Assembly (NCBI RefSeq): GCF_034531255.1
Contig: NZ_JAVRBM010000030.1
Location: forward strand, 8,047-29,655
DNA length: 21,609 bases
Reading direction: 5' to 3'
DNA from: Nostoc sp. ChiQUE01b
GTDB taxonomy: Bacteria > Cyanobacteriota > Cyanobacteriia > Cyanobacteriales > Nostocaceae
Shown: one piece after another, positions 13,931 through 20,373 of the stretch
Numbering within the stretch: position 1 is the first letter of the stretch
How the letters are laid out: each line of letters opens with the position of its first letter
Translations under genes and position numbers: made by a program
The notes under the pieces: generated by a model
Told to the model about the DNA's origin: nothing
Databases searched by the model: none
What the model saw: the letters and a program-made list of their open reading frames with translations, nothing else

Positions 13931-14431
13931 ATGACTTTAACTCATAAACCCTTCTCAGTACAAATATTTTTAATTGATGCAAACCCCGATGGAATGCTAA
14001 CAGCCGAAATTCCATTTCAATGGACAGGTCATGTGTTATCTTTTCCAAGAAAAGACATCAAACGAGTTTTGGAACGTGAAGAAGCCCAGCAGCCTGGCAT
14101 TTATCTATTGGTTGGGGAGAGAGAAGAACAAAAAACACTTTATGTAGGTAAGGGCGGTGAACTCTTAGAGCATATTAAAGAGCAAGAACAACAAGAATGG
14201 TGGTCAACGGGGGTATTGTTGATCAATCAAGAATATCCCTTGAGTATGTTGTATCTATCCTACCTACAAGACCAACTTAGAAAAAAAGCAGAGAACGGAA
14301 ACAAGGTTATTTTAGCTAACCCTCTTGACGTTGAACCATTAAGACTAGACGAGTCGGCAACGGTTGCAATGGAAGGATTTTTAGATAAATTTATCTTTGT
14401 CCTTTTGGTATTAAACTTTAAATTCTTTTAG
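13931..14431 (+). CDS. GIY-YIG-like N-terminal module protein, truncated (the usual C-terminal DUF4357 part is missing)
   Basis: The sequence FSVQIFLIDANPDGMLTAEIPFQWTGHVLSFPRKDI..PGIYLLVGE..TLYVGKG..WW..YLSYLQDQL..MEGFLDKFIFVLLVLNF follows the layout of the family that is normally about 290 aa with a DUF4357 C-terminus. Here the ORF stops right after the ..VL..F segment. Confidence 0.55.
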   Translation: MTLTHKPFSVQIFLIDANPDGMLTAEIPFQWTGHVLSFPRKDIKRVLEREEAQQPGIYLLVGEREEQKTLYVGKGGELLEHIKEQEQQEWWSTGVLLINQEYPLSMLYLSYLQDQLRKKAENGNKVILANPLDVEPLRLDESATVAMEGFLDKFIFVLLVLNFKFF

Positions 14432-14469
14432 AAACTGAATCATTAATTGACTATAAAAATTTTCATTTC

Positions 14470-14512
14470 AAGGCTGTTCCATCACCGGAGTAGCCTTTTG
14501 TGTTTCTTCTTT
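14470..14512 (+). terminator. Candidate intrinsic terminator for the plus-strand block
   Basis: AAGGCTGTTCC (14470-14480) pairs with GGAGTAGCCTT (14487-14497) at 9 of 11 positions. The stem is followed by TTGTGTTTCTTCTTTGTGATTTTT. It lies between convergent genes. Confidence 0.45.
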
Positions 14513-14555
14513 GTGATTTTTAGCGCACACCACGATCAACCACAGCTATGAAGAA

Positions 14556-15200
14556 TCATTCTTCCTGCTCTTCCTGTATCATCATCTCGTTATCGTGATT
14601 TGTATGACAGGTTATCTTCAGCCCACCCACCCCCATGACATTTGACCCGCATTTCGAGCAAGTGTATTTAAAACGGGTTTTGGTACGAGCTTGCCAAGTG
14701 TAATGGTGCTGGAGTGGAAAAAATTTCTCTTGGGCTTTGGGACAGGCCAGAGCATATTTTCCATTCTCGATAATTGTGTGTTTGACGTGCTGCCCAAACA
14801 TTTTTTCACAGGACAGCCCCATCTCCGCCATTTTCAATGTCCATTCCTTGTTACAATACCCTGGATGTTCTGGAGGCGTGCCATACGTATACTGCCATAA
14901 ACAAATCATCTGGCGTACTAGTATTTGAAAAATCAGGTCATCCCCACGCTTGAGCAGTTCAGGGTTCAAGCTAATTTCATCAACAGTAACGGAACTACCC
15001 CGATTCCAGCTTTTGTAGCGAAAGAAGCCTAGAGATTTACCTCTGGCATTGAAGTTCAGGATGCAAGGGGGAAGAATGCCATCGAACAACACCCTATTGA
15101 AGTAGTCGAAGGCATCCTGGTAACTGAGCCACAATTCCAGATGCGGTTTGGTGAAAAGAGGTGTGCCTGTAGCTACGGGCAGGGTTGGTATTGCTTGCAT
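14556..15200 (-). CDS. SprT-like domain protein with the metalloprotease motif lost
   Basis: The sequence FDYFNRVLFDGILPPCILNF..LGFF..ISLNP..ILVRQMICLWQ..GYCNKEWTLKMAEMGL..YTCSKCGSNVMGVGGLKITC is colinear with plasmid SprT-like proteins (..LVHEMVHLWQ..GYHNKEW..YxCxCG..WGKP). VRQMIC (14918-14901) stands where VHEMVH is expected. Confidence 0.75.
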   Translation of the reverse strand: MQAIPTLPVATGTPLFTKPHLELWLSYQDAFDYFNRVLFDGILPPCILNFNARGKSLGFFRYKSWNRGSSVTVDEISLNPELLKRGDDLIFQILVRQMICLWQYTYGTPPEHPGYCNKEWTLKMAEMGLSCEKMFGQHVKHTIIENGKYALACPKAQEKFFPLQHHYTWQARTKTRFKYTCSKCGSNVMGVGGLKITCHTNHDNEMMIQEEQEE

Positions 15201-15359
15201 GTCTGTGCTTCCCTGATTGATGTTACTTGATTGCCAAACCAGGGACTTTTTGTATGCTGTATCACAGCCTACTTCAGTGAATAGTTTTATACAGGGTAAG
15301 GCAATGAAGTTTCTTCCAAAAAGTTATCAGTCTTTTTTCTCTTGCTTAAATAAAATTTT

Positions 15360-15376
15360 TTACATAAATTATGTAA
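15360..15376. promoter_or_regulatory. 17-bp perfect palindrome (candidate operator)
   Basis: The sequence is TTACATAA-A-TTATGTAA. It lies in the AT-rich spacer between the TraD-like gene and the SprT-like gene. Confidence 0.35.
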
Positions 15377-15498
15377 AATCCAACTTGTATCCGTTTCGCC
15401 ACAAATTAACAGAATTATGGTGTACACCATAAAAACAGAAAGCGGATACCTCTCCCCCAATGGTTTCTTCTTTCCTTCGCAGTAAAATTTCTTTCCTT

Positions 15499-16152
15499 TT
15501 AAATCCCCTCAAACATCTCTTTCATTTTGTCCTGGGATATTTCGGTTAGAGTTTTAGGCTTATCTGCAACTGGCTGTTTAGAAATAACTTGCATCGTCTC
15601 TTGGGTTTCTGATTCCTGCTCCACACGCTGAGGTGTTACCTTCTGCTGTTGTGCTGCCCTGTCCCTTATGTCCTGATTTTCTGTTTTCTCCTCCCGTAAT
15701 CCGTCCTCACTTGCCAGTGTCTGAAGTGCCTCCTGGTAGTATTGGGCCTCCTCCTGCTGGCGTTTAACTGAGTTGGTGCTGTGCTGTCCTTTCTTCCCGT
15801 TAGTCTGTTCATCTTGAAATTGCCGGGGTTGGGTCGTAGTTGCAGACACAGACAGTGTTTTCTTCTCTGGTGTTACTGTCTCGCGGGGAGGAAGTCCAAA
15901 CAGATCGCGATCGCGGTCAATGAGGTACTGGTCTAATCCCTGCATTACCATGTCTTCAGTTAGCCACCCCCATTCCACCATCTTGTCGAGCAGGGCACCC
16001 TTGATGAACTTGCGGCGATTTTCGAGGCTGCGTTCTGCTTTCTGGACTTTGTGTTCTTGTTTACGTTCAGCACGTTTTTCCTGCTTGAGTTTTTCGCTAT
16101 AGTGGCTAAGAAGTTCATTGAGACGGTCAATGCGTTTGGCGCGGCTAGGCAT
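15499..16152 (-). CDS. Ti-plasmid TraD-like relaxosome accessory protein
   Basis: An N-terminal coiled-coil is followed by ENRRKFIKGALLDKMVEWGWLTEDMVMQGLDQYLIDRDRDLFGLPP. This matches the TraD (PF06412-like) pattern RKRDTRRKIllGAavl....L..dR.LFGL. The gene is divergent from the relaxase gene across the predicted oriT. The C-terminal half is Q/E-rich and low in complexity. Confidence 0.6.
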   Translation of the reverse strand: MPSRAKRIDRLNELLSHYSEKLKQEKRAERKQEHKVQKAERSLENRRKFIKGALLDKMVEWGWLTEDMVMQGLDQYLIDRDRDLFGLPPRETVTPEKKTLSVSATTTQPRQFQDEQTNGKKGQHSTNSVKRQQEEAQYYQEALQTLASEDGLREEKTENQDIRDRAAQQQKVTPQRVEQESETQETMQVISKQPVADKPKTLTEISQDKMKEMFEGI

Positions 16153-16289
16153 GAGGTGAGTCCTCCCGAAACAAGCGGCAGACGATGTATTTTTGATGAT
16201 GAACGGAGAATTACCGCGTTACGAAAACCACACGGTAGGGGACAGTTTGTTTTTTCCCAACAATAATTAGTGCGGTCAAAGAAAAGCGC

Positions 16290-16340
16290 GGCTGCCGCTG
16301 TGGTTGCGCGGACACGCGCTGGGGTTTGGGGGCGGCAGCC
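16290..16340. repeat. 9-bp inverted repeat on the leading side of the predicted nick
   Basis: GGCTGCCGC (16290-16298) pairs with GCGGCAGCC (16332-16340). The loop contains the small hairpin GCGCG-GACA-CGCGC (16306-16319). Confidence 0.6.
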
Positions 16341-16422
16341 TCCAAGCGCAGTTATACATTAAGGGACGCTTCGCTTTGAAAAGCTACCTCGCAAGCTCGG
16401 CATCTTTTCAACCCTTAATGTA
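16341..16422 (-). other. Predicted oriT core: inverted repeat plus a nick region like that of MOBQ-family (RSF1010/R1162-type) relaxases
   Basis: The outer repeat is a perfect 11 bp (16355-16365 / 16412-16422) and the inner repeat is 8 bp (16376-16383 / 16404-16411). On the minus strand the repeat is followed at once by TAACTGCGCTTGG, compared with TAAGTGCGCCCT in R1162/RSF1010. The element sits about 145 nt upstream of the relaxase gene and in the same relative orientation as in RSF1010. Confidence 0.6.
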
Positions 16423-16565
16423 CTGCGGCAAAGGGGGTTCCCCTCTGCACACCCCAACCACAGGGCGACTATTTGTATGTAACATAGTCGTAACACGTCT
16501 GTAGATTGTTTGTTGTAATTCGTTAAAATTTAGGAAAATTCCCACCCATTGGTGAATGAAATGGG

Positions 16566-19500
16566 GTGATAACAGTGCAAGCAGGGTATTTTCGGGAAGA
16601 AGTAAAAATTGTTTCACGCGGTAATAACCAGAACGTCATTCGCAAAGCTGCCTATGATGCAGGGGTACGACTGGTCGATACGCGGGACGGAAAAGTGTAT
16701 GACTTTTCTAACAAGCGGGATGTGTATAGTACTGAAATTCTCGCCCCCGCGAATGCTCCTGACTGGATGCTGGATCGGTCAAAACTGTGGAACGGTGTTG
16801 AACAAACAGAAGACAAATCCCGTCGCCGCGAGGATGCCCAGCTAGCACGGGAAGTGATTTTGTGTTTCCCGGCCTGCCTCAGCCATGATGAGAAAATCGC
16901 CGCTGCCCGTGAGTATGTGCAAAGCGAGTTTGTCTGGAAGGGCATGGTGGCAGATGTGGCGTACCATTTCAACGGCAAGACTGCCCATAACCCGCATGTC
17001 CATGTTCTCCTGACGATGCGCGATATTGATGGTAAGGGTTTTGGCAAAAAGAATCGCTCGTGGAACAACCCGGCAGAATGGAAAGACCGGGGCGAAAACA
17101 TTGAAGGGTGGCGCAAACGGTGGGCAGATACCCTCAACAAACACCTGGAGCGGGGTGGGTACGATGTACGGGTAGACCATCGCGGCAATCTGGCACAGAA
17201 TACTGACCGCCTGCCCCAAGTTCATGAAGGAGCCAATGTCACCAACCTGCGCCGTCGTCATGCCCAAAACCCGGACAAATATCAACAGAATTTTGATAAC
17301 AACCAGGTCATCCAGCACAACGAAGACATCAAGCACCGTAACGCCGAGCGGGAAGAATTGAAACAAACGATCAAAGCGTTGCAGTCAGAACTTCGCCACG
17401 AACACATCAAGCAAGCGCATTACGAGCAACGCCGGGAAGAACGTATTCTGAAACGGCAGATGCTGTCAGCGGAAAAAACTACCGAGCAAGACAACAGTCC
17501 TTATACTCTTGACCGTACCAGAACCTACGAAACAGCGACCAGCGTTGCCACCACCCTCACCCGGCAACTGCCAGCCTCGGAGTTTCATCAGCGAGCAAAC
17601 GCGCTTGTCACTTCTACCATGCAACACGATTCTTCTTCCACGCAAAATCCCTCTGCCATCCAGATTCGCAAAGATGACCCACCGGGCTGGAAACCGCGCA
17701 GACGCGAACCAAATGAGCCAACCGACTGGACATGGCGACTGGTACGCGAGCAACTGGAAGCAATGGGCGGTGATGGGAATTTTGAGATTGGCATTCTTGA
17801 CCGTGCCAGCGAAAAGATGCAGAACAAGACTTGGCACAAGCATGACATTCTTCGGGTTGATCCAGAAACCAAACGCACGCCGATTCTGAATTACCTCAAA
17901 TACGAAAACAGCCAGGGCAAGGATATTTTTATCCGTCTTGCCCCAACCAAAGACAGTAAACAACAAGGCTTGGTGCTGATTGATGATATCGACCCGGTAA
18001 CGGTGGAAGACCTGAAGGACAAGGGACTTGCCCCTGCCGTAGTCATCGAAACCTCATACAAGAATTGTCAAGCCTGGATACGGGCATCCAAAGAACCCAT
18101 CGAACGAGAAACTGCCACCCACCTGGCGAAACTGTTGACCAGAGAAGCGGGTGGCGACCCTGGTAGTGCTTCTTACCAGCATTACGGGCGGCTAGCTGGC
18201 TTCACGAACCGGAAACCTGACCATCAGGATATGTACACAGGCAGGCATCCGTATGTAAAACTGCTGTCAGCTTACGGAACAACCGCCCCAGAGGGGGAAC
18301 AGTGGCTGGCACAGGCGCAGTCAGCCGCAGCGATCGCACGGGAGAAACAACAAGAGGCAGCCGCCCTGCGTGACCAACGTGGCAACAGGGAAGCAACTGA
18401 ACAGGAGAAAGAGAAAGCCCTCAGAGCGTTCGAGAGCAGCTATGCTCATGCCTTGCGCCACTATGGCACAAACAAGGATTACAGCGCACGGGACTGGGCA
18501 CTGACCAAAAATCTTGCCAAACTGGGCTATAGTCAGGATGCCCTCCAGTACGCCCTGCGCTGGGGCAGTCCCGATCTGGAGAAGCGGAAACCGGGACATG
18601 AAGATGATTATGTCGCTCGCACGGTTGCCAAAGTGTTTGAGCATCCAGAGGTATTGCAGGCGATCGCTGAACGGGAAGCCAGACGAAAGAAACGAGAACA
18701 GGAGAATCAGCGCCAGCAACCATTACCCCTGACACAACCCACAGAAAAACAAAATCCTACAGAACCGCCATTCCCCTCCCCTACTCCCACACCATCATCG
18801 TCACAGGCAAAGGAGCAAACTGCTGTACCAGAACAATCCTTGACCGAAGACGAACGCCAGCTTATCGAAGCCATGAAATGGCTGAATGATGGCAAGGAAC
18901 GAGGTAAGCAGGAGCGGCGGCCGGAACACCATCTTCCTGTCCGTCCTCCTGCCAATGACAAACAATCCTATGCTGATAGAGCAGAGCCAGCAACCCCGAT
19001 GCCGGATACAGGGGAGAAAGTTTCATTGGACGCAGAGGCAGAGATCGTCAACACCTTCCCCACCCCTGCTTCATCCGACCAAAACCCCTCCTCGAAAGGG
19101 TCAGCCAAAGTTCCCGTGTACTGGAACAGTTATTATCGCTGGCTCCAGACACAGCAAATCGTCCGCCAGCCCAAACCTGCCAGAATTGACCCCGGTACTG
19201 CCTCCGCCAAACGACCCCCTGTCCCCATCAAAGCAGAACCCGTCGGCGACCTCGACGCTGACAGCGTTGCTGCCATCATTAATGCCGCGCACCAGTCGAA
19301 AAATGCGACCCAGCAACTTCGTACCGCCTCCTGGGCGTACCAGAACTTTAACCAGGACGAAGGACGCTGGAACAAGTGCAAACTGGAATATTTCCGGGAA
19401 CTGCACCGTGTTCACCAAGCCTTCGGACGTGATGAGGCATTAAACCCGAAAACTGATATCGAAATCGCCCTTAAGCTGCGGATGGCGGGGTTTTCCGTCA

Positions 19501-19865
19501 CGCAGATTTACCGCACTATCCAGGAAGCCAGCCCGGTTGCAACATCCCTACCGTCGCAAGAACATCAGTTTGTGTACTTGAAAAAAGCGATCCAACCCTA
19601 TCTGCAATCCTCCCAAACCCGGACAGTCGCCAATAATTTTCAGTACGAGCGGGAACGGCAGGCAAAGAGAACCATCACAGACCCCACCCAATTGCAAAAC
19701 CATCTTGCTGAACGCCGCCTGGAAAAACTCGGACTGGCAACCCCTGTGTCAACCCAAACCCAAAATCCAACACCCCAACAGACGCGATCGCCCCAGCCAC
19801 AACCTAACCATCGACCATCCCCTTTACCCCAGCACAAGCGTGATGATTGCGAGCCAGAGCGGTAA
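16566..19865 (+). CDS. MOBQ-family relaxase (MobA/MobL, TraA-like) fused to a RepB'-type primase domain, with a Pro/Gln-rich C-terminal region
   Basis: - Relaxase: SRGNNQNVIRKAAYDAG (Tyr codon at 16653-16655), LWNGVEQTE, DAQLAREVI, and the His triad HNPHVHVLLT (16986-17003).
- Primase-like segment, about 17750-18340: GKDIFIRLAP..GLVLIDDID..APAVVIETSYKNCQAWI..GGDPGSASYQHYGRLAGFTNRKP.
- Start: GTG 16566 or GTG 16575, the latter with GGGGTGA upstream. Confidence 0.9.
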   Translation: MITVQAGYFREEVKIVSRGNNQNVIRKAAYDAGVRLVDTRDGKVYDFSNKRDVYSTEILAPANAPDWMLDRSKLWNGVEQTEDKSRRREDAQLAREVILCFPACLSHDEKIAAAREYVQSEFVWKGMVADVAYHFNGKTAHNPHVHVLLTMRDIDGKGFGKKNRSWNNPAEWKDRGENIEGWRKRWADTLNKHLERGGYDVRVDHRGNLAQNTDRLPQVHEGANVTNLRRRHAQNPDKYQQNFDNNQVIQHNEDIKHRNAEREELKQTIKALQSELRHEHIKQAHYEQRREERILKRQMLSAEKTTEQDNSPYTLDRTRTYETATSVATTLTRQLPASEFHQRANALVTSTMQHDSSSTQNPSAIQIRKDDPPGWKPRRREPNEPTDWTWRLVREQLEAMGGDGNFEIGILDRASEKMQNKTWHKHDILRVDPETKRTPILNYLKYENSQGKDIFIRLAPTKDSKQQGLVLIDDIDPVTVEDLKDKGLAPAVVIETSYKNCQAWIRASKEPIERETATHLAKLLTREAGGDPGSASYQHYGRLAGFTNRKPDHQDMYTGRHPYVKLLSAYGTTAPEGEQWLAQAQSAAAIAREKQQEAAALRDQRGNREATEQEKEKALRAFESSYAHALRHYGTNKDYSARDWALTKNLAKLGYSQDALQYALRWGSPDLEKRKPGHEDDYVARTVAKVFEHPEVLQAIAEREARRKKREQENQRQQPLPLTQPTEKQNPTEPPFPSPTPTPSSSQAKEQTAVPEQSLTEDERQLIEAMKWLNDGKERGKQERRPEHHLPVRPPANDKQSYADRAEPATPMPDTGEKVSLDAEAEIVNTFPTPASSDQNPSSKGSAKVPVYWNSYYRWLQTQQIVRQPKPARIDPGTASAKRPPVPIKAEPVGDLDADSVAAIINAAHQSKNATQQLRTASWAYQNFNQDEGRWNKCKLEYFRELHRVHQAFGRDEALNPKTDIEIALKLRMAGFSVTQIYRTIQEASPVATSLPSQEHQFVYLKKAIQPYLQSSQTRTVANNFQYERERQAKRTITDPTQLQNHLAERRLEKLGLATPVSTQTQNPTPQQTRSPQPQPNHRPSPLPQHKRDDCEPER

Positions 19866-20045
19866 AAAGTTGTTTTATTGAGAATTATGTAACACTTATG
19901 TAGTATTTTAGAAGGAAATCGAGACAGCAGATGCTGCTAACACATACTGCCTCTAGGATTCACGACTTGTGCCGCTTGAAGATGATCTTCAGCGTGAACA
20001 AGTAAGGAATCCACAGGACTATCTTCAACAGAGTCTGTTTTTCTT

Positions 20046-20098
20046 TTGTATGGGAGCATGGGATTGTGTCCCTCTCACCCCACCCTTCTTGTATGGGA
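20046..20098 (+). repeat. Direct repeat TTGTATGGGA, two copies, upstream of repA (weak iteron candidate)
   Basis: The identical 10-mers are at 20046-20055 and 20089-20098, both preceded by a T/C-rich run. Only two copies are visible. Confidence 0.3.
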
Positions 20099-20306
20099 AA
20101 CACAGCCAGATCAAACTTCGTGATCAAAACCTGTCTCCTGCCCTGCCAGGGACGATGGAGCATTGCCAGTATTGTTCTAGCTTATAAAATAAAAACTATC
20201 CGCTAGAACAAGGTCGTCGAAAATGCGTCAATAATCTTGAAAACCCTTTAGTTGTTGAAAGTGGGTAACACTTGGGGAAACAATCTCAAATTTTGACGAA
20301 AAAGAT

Positions 20307-20341
20307 AAAGCCCTGTGTTGGCGAAAACCAGACGGGGCTTT
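20307..20341. promoter_or_regulatory. Stem-loop in the repA leader (attenuator, or terminator of a minus-strand countertranscript)
   Basis: AAAGCCCTG (20307-20315) pairs with CGGGGCTTT (20333-20341), 9 bp including one G-T pair. The stem is followed by ATCGTTTTG on the plus strand and by ATCTTTTTCG on the minus strand. It lies 33 nt upstream of the repA ATG. Confidence 0.4.
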
Positions 20342-20373
20342 ATCGTTTTGCTCTAAAAGTACGGAGACCTTCA

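Noticed and set aside
15217-15432. The 71-aa plus-strand ORF in the TraD-like/SprT-like spacer
   Set aside because: It is an AT-rich intergenic region with an alternative start codon, no ribosome-binding site and a hydrophobic, low-information translation. The region more plausibly holds the promoter and operator (palindrome at 15360-15376).
16652-19443. Long ORFs overlapping the relaxase-primase gene (178, 174 and 166 aa on the minus strand; 126 and 185 aa on the plus strand)
   Set aside because: They lie wholly inside a gene with strong family motifs. Their compositions are typical of shadow frames (P/S/T/R-rich or antisense-hydrophobic). They have no independent start context.
19960-20187. 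The 67-aa minus-strand and 72-aa plus-strand ORFs upstream of repA
   Set aside because: They overlap each other on opposite strands and show no recognisable motifs. The region carries repeats and palindromes expected of a control or origin region.
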